NCBI GenBank assembly: GCA_951406725.2 | Contig: OX597819.1 | Span: 80,910,001-80,974,000, forward strand | Length of the DNA stretch: 64,000 nt | Source: Octopus vulgaris | Taxonomy: Eukaryota | Reading direction: 5' to 3' | Part shown: piece by piece, positions 1-12,921 of the stretch | How positions within the stretch are numbered: the first letter of the stretch is position 1 | How the letters are laid out: each line of letters begins with the position of its first letter | Made by a program: the position numbers and the translations under genes | The notes under the pieces: model-generated | Told to the model about the DNA's origin: nothing | The model's input: the letters and a program-made list of their open reading frames with translations, nothing else | Databases searched by the model: none

Positions 1-143
1 AGAACAAAACGTTGTCTGTGTGTATGGTTATGTATTTGCACAGAACCGCCTTAACAGAAGAAAAGGCCCACGAGAAAAGCAATTCACTGAACTCCTACGT
101 ATTTAACCACGAAAGTTTCTTGATTTCTCTCTTTGTTTATACT

Positions 144-551
<408 letters not shown>

Positions 552-554
552 TAA

Positions 555-745
555 GACTGCGGCCAAGCTGGGCCACCGCCTTGAAGAATTTTTAGTCGAA
601 TGAAGTGAGCCCAGAATTTTTTATTTTTTATTAAAGCCTGGTCCTTATACTATCAGTCGCTTTTGCCGAACTGCTAAGTTACGGGGACGTAAACACATCA
701 GCAACGACTGTCAAACCGTAGTTGGAGAACAGATAGAAACACGCG

Positions 746-788
<43 letters not shown>

Positions 789-963
789 ACACACACACAC
801 ACACATTCACGACGGGCTTCTTTTCCGTTTCTGTCTATCATATCCACTCACAAAACTCTGCTCGACCCGAGGCTATTGTAGAAGACACTTGCTCGAGGTG
901 CCACGTAGTGGAACTGAACTTGAAACCATGTAGTTGGGAAACAATCCTCTTACCACACAGCCA
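555..963 (-). mobile_element. tRNA-derived SINE family A (CORE-like, bipartite with internal microsatellite), diverged copy
   Basis: Reverse complement of the element at 15002-15406, with tail, CA spacer and head modules. Confidence 0.8.
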
Positions 964-1295
964 AGGAAAAAGAAGTCGAAATTCTAAAAAGACCAAACAG
1001 AATTAAAACAATTCTCGTCTGATAATTCTTCATACGCCAGACGCTTTGATCACCGGAGTTCTTTTATTAATGGCAAAATATATCTCAACATTTTTAATCT
1101 AAGATTGAGCACTTCCATAATTATCATATTTTAACAACTTTCTTCACTTTGAAGGCTTATAAATTTTTTTTTTAATATTTGTTAGTTTTAATATGAAAAC
1201 AAACTTTGCACCAGAACCTAGGTCACCTCTCTCTCTAGTTTAAAAATTTTGTTGAATAATAAACTAAACTTTTCGCATAGATGTTACTATTGAAA

Positions 1296-1296
<1 letters not shown>

Positions 1297-1356
<60 letters not shown>

Positions 1357-1547
1357 ATTATTATTATTAAAGACGCGAGCGGGCACGCCGGGCAAAATAC
1401 TTAGCGGAATTTAGTCCAACTTTATGTTCTGAGTTCAAACACCACCGAGATCAACTTTGCCTTTCATCCTTTCGGCGTCGGGAACTTAAGTACCAGTGAA
1501 ACACTGGGGTCGGTGTAATCGACTGGTTCCTCTTACAAAATTTCAGG

Positions 1548-1619
<72 letters not shown>

Positions 1620-2782
1620 GTTTATTATGATTAAATGTGAAAGCAATGCATGTCATCAGAGTGACACTGGCGGTGTATATACGAAACCCAGTATACTCAT
1701 CGTGACTACCCGTCCGATAAGGGTACACCAGGTACATGTATCACAACCATCAGAGATGTACATATTGTCAGTCATGTCAGTCACTAAGAGACATGCTCAA
1801 CTGGTTATGGTCAAACAACTGACTAGCAAATCTGTGGTATTGAACAGAATACTTACTGTAGCCCATCGTTTATATCAAGACAAAACAATGTACATGATAA
1901 CACTTCCAATCAGTTAAGATCAGAAGCCACGAGAGCCACTGCCTGGTACTGCATCAGGGCATTAAAACCGCGAGCGGACACACCGAGTAAAATGCTCAGC
2001 GGCATTTCGTTCGTCTTTACGTTCTGAGTTCAAACACCACTGATGTCGACTTTGCCTTTCATACTTTCGGAATCGGTAAATTAAGTACCAGTGAAACACT
2101 GGAGTCGATGTAATCGACTACTCATCATGACTACCCGTCCGATAAGGGCACCCCAGGCACATGCATCACAACCATCAGAAATGCACATATCGTCAGCCAC
2201 TAAGCGACATGCTCAACTGGTTATGGTCAAACAATTGGCAAACAAATCTCTGGTATTAAGCAGAATATTTGCTGTAGCCCATCTTTTATATCAAGACAAA
2301 ACAATGTACATGATAACACTTCCAATCAGTTAAGATCAAAAGCCACGAGAGCCACTGCTTGTTACTGCATCAGAGCATTAAAGCCGCGAGCGGGCATGCC
2401 AGGCAAAACGTTTAGCGGCATTTCGTCCTTCTTTACGTTCAGAGTTCAAAACATGCCGATTTCGACTTTGCTTTTCATCCTTTCGGGGTCGTTAAAATAA
2501 GCAGCAGCTGAGTACTGGGGTCGATTTAATCGACTTACCCTATCTCCGAAATTGCTGGCCTTGTGTCAAAATTTAAATTCATTATTAAGGCAGCGAGATG
2601 GCAGACTCGTTAAAACGCCAGAAAAATGCTTAGCAGCATTTCATCCGTCTTTACGTTCTGGGTTCAAATTTCACCGAGGTTGGCTTTGGCCTTTCATCCG
2701 TTCGGGAGTCGATAAAATAAGTACCAATTGAGCCCTATTCTCACAAATTTTAGGCCCCGTGGTGGCCAATAAAAGAAATCAT
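1297..2782 (+). mobile_element. Tandem cluster in (TTA)n: SINE family B copies (~1369-1549, 1965-2117, 2380-2580, 2587-2780) alternating with two copies of another repeat (~1640-1962, 2116-2379)
   Basis: Family B motif gagttcaaa...gactttgcctttcatcctttcggggtcg occurs four times; the intervening unit ends cagaagccacgagagccactgc...gcatt in both copies. Confidence 0.8.
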
Positions 2783-3144
2783 TATTTTGAAAGTTCATAT
2801 TTTAAAAAAAGAGATTGCATTCTCGATGTTGGATTAAATATAAACTTTAAGGTGTAGAGACTTTATTAAGTAAATCTGTTCGATTTTTAAATTGTACATA
2901 TTCGGAGTTCAAACCGCTAAACTGGCCAAACTGTTATGACCTACGCCATAGACACTGCGCAGTGGCCGCACGACAAATCTCAGCAAGATTATGAGCCTCT
3001 TCCGATATTTCTAGAGACCACCCATCCACCGGCCACAGGAATAAATGTTTAATGAAATTAAACATCACTTTGTTTATATTTCCAACAAAATCAGTTTGAG
3101 TGTTAAATCCAAGGAGAAAGAAAACAGAGAGTATGAATCTTTAA

Positions 3145-3500
3145 GGATTTTCTTCTTCCTTTTTTCGTAACGAAACACTAAAATCTCCTTCCCAAACTTC
3201 CAGCCATCACCTCACCACTTTCCAAAAACCTACAAACTCCCAATGTTTCACTTTTAGCTTTTTGGAAAGCAGGGAAGTTTCTTCGGAAATAATGTCGTTT
3301 ACCTGTTGTTCCTAGCATGTCGGGTTTTCTGGTAGGTCTGGTATTTTTTACGTCTGCTATTTCAGTACAATTCTACGCATGCGTAAAACATCACACGAAA
3401 GTGAAACATTGGGACGTTTTAGCTTTCTGAAAGTAGACAGCTGATGGGTGGGCGAGGTTGGCGAAGGAGCATTGTGTGTTTCTTTAAGAAAAATTAAACT
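3145..3500. mobile_element. Possible MITE flanked by TTAA (Kolobok/piggyBac-like)
   Basis: ttaa on both sides, degenerate inverted ends, internal inverted cccaatgtttcacttt / aaagtgaaacattggg. Confidence 0.35.
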
Positions 3501-4225
3501 TTAAAAAAAGTATATTTCCCAGATTCGTAATCTCTGTATTTTTCTACGTGGACGATAAAAAAAATCAATTCTATAAAAGTTACAAATTAAGAAATTGCGG
3601 TGGGGACTGGGGGAAATAAAAATTTTGAAAGCGTGAAACAATACATAGTTTGTGATCCTTCTTTGCGAACCCATGCAAATTGTACCCTCGCCCGCTTCAC
3701 TTTTAAACAAACAATAACTTCCATTACACCAGTAATCCAGTTCACTATATATCAGCTGTGCCGTTTCTGCCCATAATAAAGGAACAAATAATATAATGTA
3801 GTTGTAGGCCACAACGCCCGAGCAACGCCGGGATGCATTGCTAGTATTCACTAAATTTGTTTCTAATTTCTTTAAGATACATTTTCAGCAACTTAAGAAG
3901 ATTCAAAGCAACAGGTACGTCCAGTTTTTCGAAAATGCTTCAAACAATATCCAGAATGACCACTTCCATGTTTGCCTTCTGTTCTGTATCTCACCTTATT
4001 CAGAGTCAGCAGGTGCAGAATAGAAACCAGTGTGTCTCTATGTTTCTGGAAACCTCAGTAGAAAGCCTGAATAGTCTCAAAATATCAGGATCATCTTATA
4101 TCAGACACTTCAAAAATAAATAAATAAATAAATGAATAAATAATAAATAAAATTTTTTTAAATAATAATAGAAAGCCAAAATATATCTGTGTGTAGAAGA
4201 GAAAAAGGAATACGTCAAAGACTTT

Positions 4226-4395
4226 TACGAGGGGTTGCTGAAAAGTTCCTGGCTTTAATGGTATCACGAAAGGCCTGGTTGGAGGCCCAATCTTCCGAAT
4301 TCTTTTGTAGGGCTTAAAAAACGGAAGGACCGCTGCAATTTGTGAATTTGAGAGGAGGCTATGTTGAATAAAATCATAATTAACTGATCCTCATG
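4226..4395 (+). mobile_element. Mariner-derived MITE, truncated
   Basis: tacgaggggttgctgaaaagttcctgg; homologous to the complete copy at 29908-30125. Confidence 0.75.
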
Positions 4396-4539
4396 TCTCG
4401 TATAATCCGTAGACAACATTCTGACGCTTTTACTCTCGTCAAATTTTGACTGTGTGCAGCTCAGGGGACATAAACGGCGAACTCGTTCGGTTGAGGGATC
4501 AGTGATTGCAATCCTTGCAATCCAGTATAGCCCCTAGAC

Positions 4540-5068
4540 CAGTGTTTCCCAACTATTTTTCCCCAGGCCCCACTGTAACTTTCCAGAAAAATGTAAGTCA
4601 CACTGGTGGTTAAAAAAAAAACAGCAACTTTACTATTAATATTTTATCACAGTAAGGCGGTGAGCTGGCAGAATTGTTAGCACGCCGAGCGAAATGCTTA
4701 GAGGCATTTCATCCGTTTTCATGTTCTGAGTTCAATTTCCGTTGAGGTCGACTTTGCCTTTCATCCTTTTGGGGTCGATAAAATGAGTACCAGTGAAATA
4801 CTGGGGTTGACTTACCCCACTTTCCGAAATTGCTGGCCTTGTGCCAAAAATTGAAATTAATATTTTATCATAGTTATTTAATACAAAGGTATTTACAGGT
4901 AACTCTTTTAAGTACTGAGTACAAAATTAAAGTACCATTATTGGCTAAGAAAAGAAAGAAGTGGATCACTTTAATAAGAATGTTGTGCATGGCGACTACG
5001 GCATCACACCCGGCCACAATTTTTCCAGGCCCCCACCTGTGGGGCATAGCCCTACGTTGGGAATAACT
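4540..5068. mobile_element. hAT (Charlie-like) MITE with nested SINE
   Basis: TIR cagtgtttcccaac ... gttgggaataacta; imperfect 8-bp TSD ccctagac/ctctagat. Confidence 0.7.
4654..4856 (+). mobile_element. tRNA-derived SINE family B, full length
   Basis: Head aaggcggtgagctggcagaattgttagc, B-box-like gagttcaattt; TSD attaatattttatcacagt/attaatattttatcatagt. Confidence 0.85.
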
Positions 5069-5987
5069 ACTCTAGATATATTTCTGGCATCGTCTTAGGA
5101 GTGACCATAGCAGTTTTTCCATTAAGAAAATTTACAATAGCGCCTGTTACATCTGAAGATGACCTTAATATAACGCTCTTATCTTTAAGTAAATTGGACA
5201 GTAAATATTAGTTGATCAGTGTAAGAGTGGAATCCATATTGTTGAGTAATATTTTGATATTTTTTTTATTTCTTCAAAAGTAGCATTAAAAGCATATTTT
5301 CCTACCAATTCAATACATTTCTCACAGATGCTTCCTGATAGCTATAACAAATACTTTTTTCCTAGGTTCTCCCACATTATAAGACCTTTTTGTTTTTTAT
5401 ATAAAAAAAAACCCCCAATAAAGGCAGGGGTGCGGAGTTCACTCAAATACTTTGGAATACCTAGTTTCCACGCTTTGCAATCCTAACAACTTGGTCATTA
5501 CTACCTAAAGGCAAGCCTCTGGATACCTGAAGGCGAATTACAGAAATCGTACGTATCGACACCTTGATTTCTGAACCGAGCAATATTTTTTGAGACCTAA
5601 TAAATCTTTACAGCTAGTTTCTTTATGCTGAAGTATATAAGCCGTCATGCACTAGCGATCTTCCTTTTTCGTTTCTTTTCTTTCTTTATTTTTCTTTATT
5701 CTTTTATTCATTTAAATGCTCCAGTTTTGAAACTGCGGTCATACTGGGGCACCGCCAGTATAATTTAATTTATTCCTTTATTTAAATTTCTGAAAAAAAA
5801 ATTTCTTTGTGTTTCCAGTCGTTGATTTCGTATGTGGCAAAGAGATAGGCTATTTCGACAACAGACAACATACAAAACAGTAAAAACAACTTAGACTTGC
5901 TGAATAAAGTAGCTATTCCTGTTTAATGATAATACTCCCACTCTTCCTCAGATCACGTTTGAACACGTTTTTTATTAAACCATATCT

Positions 5988-6049
5988 TGGCGGTGCCCCA
6001 GCATGGCCACAGCTCATGAGCTGAAACTAGAATCAATCAATCAATCAAT
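5988..6049 (+). mobile_element. 3' terminus of a CR1-group LINE or SINE with (ATCA)n tail
   Basis: ggcggtgccccagcatggccacagctcatgagctgaaac then (atca)n; same architecture as the CR1 end at ~22490-22560. Confidence 0.6.
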
Positions 6050-6621
6050 TGTATGTGTTTTCTTTTCTGCAGTTTCCACCCTCAATCAATTTATTCTACA
6101 TGAATTTGAAAGATCTCAGTCATAATTGTCAGGATGATGGCTCACTGCGAATCTAGCGATCCCTAACTACATCTTTGTTTTGGTTTGCTTGCTAGGTTTG
6201 GGGGAACAAACAATATCCAAGACATTTGCAGGCCCTCTTAGATCAGAACAATAAAGGAATTTCAGTAGGTCAAGATTCTATCAAGGAAAGACCGAGTCTA
6301 CAGGATTAGTGTATGTGTGTGGATGGTTATTGCGCGTGCAAGTGAAAATGTGTTTATATACGCAGACAGGGACAACTGAAGAAGGGAAATATTCCTTGTG
6401 TTGTATGTCTTGTACTCTGTTATTTCGTTGTTTAAAAAATAGTTCGTTTCCATGTTTTTGTTTCTATGTTTTCGTTTCTCATTGTGTTCAACGTTTTTTT
6501 GATGTCCTGTACCCATATATGCATATAGATGTAGGTATGTACATATATGTTTGTATATATGCATATATTTATATATTATTTATATTATTATATGATCGAA
6601 CGCCACGCATCCTTTTCCAAG

Positions 6622-6669
<48 letters not shown>

Positions 6670-6795
6670 ACTGAAATGACAAAGGGCACTAATCAGCACC
6701 AGTATTGCTAGAAATGAGAGCCAAAACAACTCAATAGCCACAGAAGCACTATCTTAATTACTGACAAGGGAGACAAACTCCCTACGGTAGCAGAT

Positions 6796-6860
6796 ATAGC
6801 CAGATCATCGATGATTTCGCATTTTGATACTCACACACCTTAATGCTCATCGGTCGCTCT
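6796..6860 (-). ncRNA. Degenerate minimal type-I hammerhead ribozyme
   Basis: Minus strand: agagcga-CCGATGA-GCATT..AATGC-GAAA-TCATCGATGA-TC-tggct; U4C change, imperfect stem I. Confidence 0.55.
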
Positions 6861-7140
6861 CACTGAGCCTTGGGTTAAACTCACCTCACCCGGCCACTTT
6901 ATAAGATTTCCGTTATCATACGCTGATTTCATAAACAGTAAAAGTGAAAATTATAGATAATATGGGTGGCTAATTCACAATTTTACAACCTAAATGGAGA
7001 AATATATACATCATTAAAGTGAACAAGGGCTCTAATTAATACCATATGTATATTATAATATGGTTGCTAATTCGCAATTTTACCATCTAAAGGCAGAAAT
7101 ATATACGTCATTAAAGTCACTAATCAACACCATATATATA

Positions 7141-7562
7141 TTCTCTTTTACTCTTTTACTCTTTTACTTGTTTCAGTCACTTGACTGCGGCCATGCTGGA
7201 GCACCGCCTTTAATCGAGCAAATCGACCCCAGGACTTATTCTTTTTGTAAGCCCAGTACTTATTTTATCGGTTTCTTTTGCCGAACCGCTAAGTAACGGG
7301 GACATAAACACACCAGCATCGTTTATCAAGCAATGCTAGGGGGACAAACACAGACACACAAACACATACACACACACATATATATATATACATATATACG
7401 ACAGGCTTCTTTCAGTTTCCGTCTACCAAATCCACTCACAAGGCTTTGGTCGGCCCGAGGCTATAGTAGGAGACACTTACCCAAGGTGCCACACAGTGGG
7501 ACTGAACCTGGAACCATGTGGTTGGTAAACAAGCTACTTCCCACACAGCCACTCCTGCGCCT
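7141..7562 (-). mobile_element. SINE family A, full length
   Basis: Ends cacacagccactcctgcgcct (reverse complement of the head); carries tail module and (ctttta) repeats. Confidence 0.9.
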
Positions 7563-7572
7563 ATGTATGTAT

Positions 7573-8120
7573 GTATAATCAAATGAAAAACATATGATGG
7601 ATAATTGTCGGCTAATTACAACTGTTTCTTACGTAATCTTTTAATAGAAGAATGAGAACATTACATCATTATCAAAGACCGCAATCATCAGATGAGAAGT
7701 AATCTTACAAAACAAAAGAATATCCCAAGAATACAGTAGGAATGCAAAATTACTTCTCATCCGATGATTATGGTCTTTGACAATGATGTGATGTTCTCAT
7801 TCCTCCATTAAAAAGCTGTAATGAGCTGACAACTATCCATCGTGTGCTATTATTCATTTGATTATAATAGCCCAAGGAAATTTACGGTTTGTCGGACACC
7901 CTAGAGTATACCAACAACGTACTATTCAAAGTAATGCGTGATTTGGACCAGCCCCTTAAGCGCTAAATACTCATAGGGTTGGTTTTCATTGTGTACACAA
8001 CCGAAATATCCTATCTGATATTTCGACTCACACTAACCATAGGCCGTAACCACAGAGATTACCCAACCCTACCAGGTGCATACCTTTTCAAGTACCTGAT
8101 TTTATCTGAATCCTCATCTT
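7573..8120. mobile_element. Penelope-like pseudo-LTR remnant with inverted arms (~7574-7708 / ~7745-7866)
   Basis: Arms are reverse complements of each other and carry a hammerhead motif; flanked by TA-type repeats. Confidence 0.65.
7612..7696 (-). ncRNA. Minimal type-I hammerhead ribozyme
   Basis: Minus strand: ctcat-CTGATGA-TTGCG..CGTAA-GAAA-CAGTTG-TA-attag; the decayed mirror copy at 7756-7825 supplies agctg-ta-atgag. Confidence 0.7.
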
Positions 8121-9060
8121 ATATATATATGTTTTTATAAATGGCAATTTCTGTCTGTTTGTGACTCTGTGTGTGTTTGGGGATTTGTTACTTTAATTCC
8201 TCCAAGACTATCCAACCGATCTTGATGAAATTTGACACGTGTGTGGGGCTTATGTCCATGCGGTCACCTACGCATTGTGAATTTCAAACAAATCGATAAT
8301 CTTTAATCAGCATCGACTTTACAAAAATCAGTAGGACACTTCAATGCAAATTTTCATATGAATGTTATTTTCTGCCATAACTTTTAAAGTTTTCGACCGA
8401 TTTTCTTGAAATTTTATACACAGGTGGAATATGCACTAAGCATGGTTTGAGGCCAATACATTTTTACCTAACTTACTCAAGCCAAGCGTAAGATTATTTT
8501 TGATTAAGCGATTAACGAAATTTGACCTAAATTATTGTGGGGTTAAAATGTTCATCAATTATATCAACATTCTCAGGTTGCTGTAACATGTATTTTCTTA
8601 ACACCTGCACTTAAAATTGTCGATATTTGATTCTCACGATCAATTGAACTATACCCATGGAGAGTCGTCAAATTAATGTGTACTTAAAATTTGCTCTTGG
8701 GTTGCAAGAGAATTGGTTAAAAAATGACGAAAATTGTCATTTTTTAATGCTTTTATACTACCTCATAGCATCTTACGATTCTTATGCCCCCCCCCACCAC
8801 GTTGTCCCCTCAGCACTCTAGCAATTTTTGTAAGTATAAAATCTCTTATCTCTAAATAATTTTTTGTTTACTTTTTAAACTTTTATGGGGTTTTTTTTTC
8901 CATAGAACTCCTTTATAATTCCCTTCTTGATGTTTTCATTGATTATATATTTGCAGCTTTCTACTTATCTGACCAAACGATTGTCATTTTCCGATTCCAC
9001 ACGTATTCATTTGTATTATTGTTTCGTGAATGAATTTGCTTACGCCTTCTATTATCTGTC
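8118..9060 (+). mobile_element. Helitron-like non-autonomous element (3' end uncertain)
   Basis: 5' ataaatggcaatttctgtctgt..., aaccgatcttgatgaaatttgacac; homologous to 25770-25930 and to the 47030-47075 end. Confidence 0.55.
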
Positions 9061-9122
9061 CGATGTCTTGATTTCATTTTCCGTCTGAGAGAAATTAGGC
9101 ATTGTAATGGGTACCTAAGCTA

Positions 9123-9500
9123 TACCAACCACATGGTTCCGGGTTCAGTCCCACTGCGTGGCACCTTGGGCAAGTGTCTTCTACTATAGCCCCGGGCCGA
9201 CCAATGCCTTGTGAGTGGATTTGGTATACGGAAATTGAAAGAAGCCCGTCGTATATATGTATATATATATGTGTGTGCGTGTATGTTTGTGTGTCTGTGT
9301 TTGTCCCCCTAGCATTGCTTGACAACCGATGCTGGTGTGTTTACGTCCCCGTTACTTAGCGGTTCGGCAAAAGAGACCGATAGAATAAGTACTAGGCTTA
9401 CAAAAGAATAAGTCCCGGGGTCGAGTTGCTCGATTAAAAGGCGGTGCTCCAGCATGGCTGCAGTCAAAATGACTGAAACAAGTAAAAGAGTAAAGAGAGT
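9123..9500 (+). mobile_element. SINE family A, 5'-truncated
   Basis: B box gggttcagtccc, CORE-like caccttgggcaagtgtctt, tail cagtcaaaatgactgaaacaagtaaaagag. Confidence 0.88.
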
Positions 9501-9501
9501 A

Positions 9502-9534
<33 letters not shown>

Positions 9535-9784
9535 GTATGTATCACCTTACCACAAAGAGTGTGCTCTCATATATATATATATACGCGTGTGTGTGTGTGT
9601 CTGTGTGTGCGTGTTTGTGAGACTATATATATAAACACAGGGTTGTCCAAACGTCACAAAGTTGGCCTTAATTTCCGATGTGTGGGCATAATCTGGTGGC
9701 TTCAGCTGTTGCACCAACTGCATTTTCATGCTGTGTAATTATATCTACATCTCTCTCTTTCTTTCTCTCCCTTCTTCCCTCCTC

Positions 9785-9871
<87 letters not shown>

Positions 9872-9975
9872 CCGGAGTAAGCACTTAAATGTGAAACAAG
9901 GTGGAAAAAAGAGTACTCAAATACCAGAGGTAGAGTAATATGCTTTATTTAAAAGCAGCAGAAATATAACAAAAC

Positions 9976-10013
9976 CTGTTACTCGGAGTTTCACTTTCCC
10001 GTTCGTCGGACAG
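9976..10013 (-). ncRNA. Minimal hammerhead ribozyme (decayed)
   Basis: Minus strand: ctgt-CCGACGA-ACGggaaaGT-GAAA-CTCCGAG-TA-acag. Confidence 0.6.
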
Positions 10014-10067
10014 TTTTGTTTAAAAAAATGAATGATATTTTCTGCCCTAACTTTTTTTTAAACAAAG

Positions 10068-10104
10068 CTGTTCGATGAACGGAACGTGAAACTCCGAATA
10101 ACAG
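10068..10104 (+). ncRNA. Minimal hammerhead ribozyme (decayed)
   Basis: ctgt-TCGATGA-ACGgaaCGT-GAAA-CTCCGAA-TA-acag. Confidence 0.55.
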
Positions 10105-10145
10105 CTTTTGTTATATTTCTGCCGCTTTTAAATAAAGTATACACA

Positions 10146-10189
<44 letters not shown>

Positions 10190-10231
10190 ATTTATTATAT
10201 ATACTATATTTACTATACATATACATATATT

Positions 10232-10277
<46 letters not shown>

Positions 10278-10298
10278 TACATATACATATACATATAT

Positions 10299-10377
<79 letters not shown>

Positions 10378-10462
10378 AGGATGAAAAGGAACACACGAGT
10401 TGATATATATGAAAAAACAAGTCAAGATAGAAAATGCTAAAATAATTTTATAAAGAAGATTT

Positions 10463-10499
10463 CAGTACCGGTTTCAGTCATTTGAGACCTTTTCAACTG
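10463..10499 (-). ncRNA. Minimal hammerhead ribozyme, U3-A8 core variant
   Basis: Minus strand: cag-TTGAAAA-GGTCtcaaatGACT-GAAA-CCGG-TA-ctg. Confidence 0.7.
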
Positions 10500-10941
10500 T
10501 AACAATTAAATAATTAAATTTAGAAAAATTAAAAGAAAAGTGTTTTTAAAAGAATATTTGTATAGTGTTCAAGTATAACACCTACGCAAATTCTATAAAC
10601 AAACCTTTCAATGAATTGAACAGCTACTGCTAACCGCCACTGACTACTCAAAATACGACGATCAAGGCACTCCCAAATTCTTGCCCCACTTTTTCTTCTT
10701 CTTCTTCTTCTTCTTCTTCTTCTTCTTCTTCTTCTTCTTCTTCTTCTTCTTCTTCTTCTTCTTCTTCTTCTTCTTCTTCCCTACCAAGAATTCACAACGA
10801 CCTCGAACCCACAAATGTAAACAAGAGAGACAGAGAAAGGCAAAATCAAGGAAAATGCCACTTATATTTGAACTCTATACAAATATCATTTTTAAAAACA
10901 CTTTTCTTTTAATTTTTCTAAATTTAATTATTTAATCGTTA

Positions 10942-10978
10942 CAGTTGAAAAGGTTTCAAATGACTGAAACCGGTACTG
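10942..10978 (+). ncRNA. Minimal hammerhead ribozyme, U3-A8 core variant
   Basis: cag-TTGAAAA-GGTTtcaaatGACT-GAAA-CCGG-TA-ctg. Confidence 0.65.
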
Positions 10979-11050
10979 AAATGTTCTTTATAAAATTATT
11001 TTAGCATTTTCTATCTTGACTTGATTTTTCATATATATATATATATATAT

Positions 11051-11446
11051 TTAGTGTAGGAAGAAATGGAGCTGAACGAAGATTTAACAAAATTCCTTGA
11101 GCGTTTGTCGAAAAGCTTGCTGTGCATTTTGTTGGACAATTAAGTTCTTGAATTTTCCTGAAGAGAAGGCTACAAAATGGACTCCTTATTCAATCCGAAT
11201 TAGGGACTTTGCAGCCTTTGAAACATATGTAGAAAATAATAAAAAGGAATTTTGTTAAATCTTCGTTCAGCTCCATTTCTTCCTACACTAAATAAATATA
11301 TAAAACTTCAAATTTCCGCACTAAGGCCACGGATTTTAGGCCCCATGGTCGTAACCTCAACCGTGCTTTTTCTGTTGTGATTTTTGCTACCCAGGTATCG
11401 GTTATCATTTGAATTATCCGTAATAAGATAATTCATTTATCTACTT

Positions 11447-11452
<6 letters not shown>
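11051..11452 (+). mobile_element. Penelope-like pseudo-LTR with inverted 5' piece (11051-11098 / 11244-11291)
   Basis: Perfect ~47-bp inverted repeat bracketing a hammerhead; (TA)n on both sides. Confidence 0.7.
11152..11237 (+). ncRNA. Type-I hammerhead ribozyme, canonical core
   Basis: attttc-CTGAAGA-GAAGGCTACAAA..TTTGCAGCCTTT-GAAA-CATATG-TA-gaaaat. Confidence 0.85.
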
Positions 11453-11490
<38 letters not shown>

Positions 11491-11859
11491 ATATGAATAT
11501 ATGTATGATCCGATGCCTCAATGCATGAATCTATCTATCTGTCTGTCTGTCTGTCTTTTGTGCGTGCACGCACGTGTAATGGTCGAACTGGTGCACAGTT
11601 TCTGCTTATTAGTCTTCAATAAGGCTTGACTTCGGGCTTTTCAAAGACATAATCGCCTAAGGTTATTACATGAAATCACTTATGTAGCTAGAAAATGCGC
11701 CGCCAAGTGCAGCCATTAAATTTGCTCTCTCCACCCACGCCGGGGGAACAAATCTATACAGTTTACACATAACAGACACTCCCATATAAATGCTACCTCC
11801 ATGTTAACGCTGTTCCGGTACATGTTGAAGCGTGATAAGATCTGGAATGCGTAGCGAAC

Positions 11860-12020
11860 AGGCGTAGGTGTGTGCGAAAAAGCAAGCTACCCGAAACACA
11901 TAGTTTCGGATTTAGTTCCACAGTGTGGAAACTCGGGCAAGAGTCTTCTACTGTAGCCTCAGGCCGAGAAAAGCCGTATGAATGCATATGGTAAACATAA
12001 ACTGAAATAAGACCGTAGAA

Positions 12021-12067
<47 letters not shown>

Positions 12068-12285
12068 CGTGTCTGTGTCTGTGTCTGTGTGTCTTTGTTT
12101 TTCTCGCCATCACCGCTTCGACAGTGTTGGTGTCTTTATATCCCTTAGCGGTTCGGTAAAAAGGAAACCTGTAGGATAAGTACTGGACTTTAAAAAACGT
12201 CCCTGGGTCGATTTGTTCGACTAAAACCCTTCAAGGCGCTGCCCCAGCATGGCCGCAGTCATATGGATGAAGCAAGTGAAAGAGA
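11860..12285 (+). mobile_element. SINE family A, diverged
   Basis: Degenerate head, (TG)n spacer, tail ccccagcatggccgcagtc. Confidence 0.75.
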
Positions 12286-12530
12286 AGATTCCGCCAATTT
12301 TCTTCTTAAACAGAATATTTATACACCTAACGTTAAACCTAACGTTAAACCGATTTCAAACGACTGCTAGATCCTGAGTTGTAATGTTTGCTCAATTTTA
12401 TGTTTGTCTTTCTTCGTTTACCGACAAAAGGTAGAGTGGGGAAATAAAATCAACACGAATTAACATGATTATTGCACTTTTTTAATTGGTCACGAAGAAA
12501 GAAGGGTATTGCAAAATTGAGATATATACA

Positions 12531-12601
<71 letters not shown>

Positions 12602-12825
12602 GAGCTGGCAGAAACGTTAGCACGCCGGGCGAAAGGCGTAGCCGTATTTCGTCTGCCGTTACGTTCTGGGTTCAAATTCCACCGAGGTCGACTTTGCTTT
12701 TCATCCTTTCGGGGTCGATAAATTAAGTACCAGTTACACACTGGTGTCAATATAATCGACTTAATCCGTTTGTCTGTCCTTGTTTGTCCACTCTGTGTTT
12801 AGCCCCTTGTGTGCAGTAAAGAAAT
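12602..12825 (+). mobile_element. SINE family B with Tx1-type tail, inserted in (TCTA)n
   Basis: gagctggcagaaacgttagc...gggttcaaattcc...ttgtccactctgtgtttagccccttgtgtgcagtaaagaaa. Confidence 0.85.
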
Positions 12826-12845
12826 CTATCTATCTATCTATGTAC

Positions 12846-12920
<75 letters not shown>

Positions 12921-12921
<1 letters not shown>

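Larger units (their letters stand above)
9869..10142. mobile_element. Penelope-like fold-back (arms ~9940-10027 / ~10053-10140)
   Basis: Inverted arms with a hammerhead on each strand; same family as 15448-15600; inserted in (TA)n. Confidence 0.7.
10374..11035. mobile_element. Penelope-like fold-back (arms ~10407-10578 / ~10861-11035) with internal spacer and (CTT)n
   Basis: ~170-bp inverted arms; second copy at 42577-43025; TA/TG-repeat flanks. Confidence 0.75.

Noticed and set aside
5522-5558. Hammerhead-like gatac-CTGAAGG..GAAA..gtatc
   Set aside because: A9 missing, no stem II and poor register
6371-6400. gacaa-CTGAAGA-agggaaatattcc half hammerhead
   Set aside because: GAAA and 3' half absent; at most a truncated remnant
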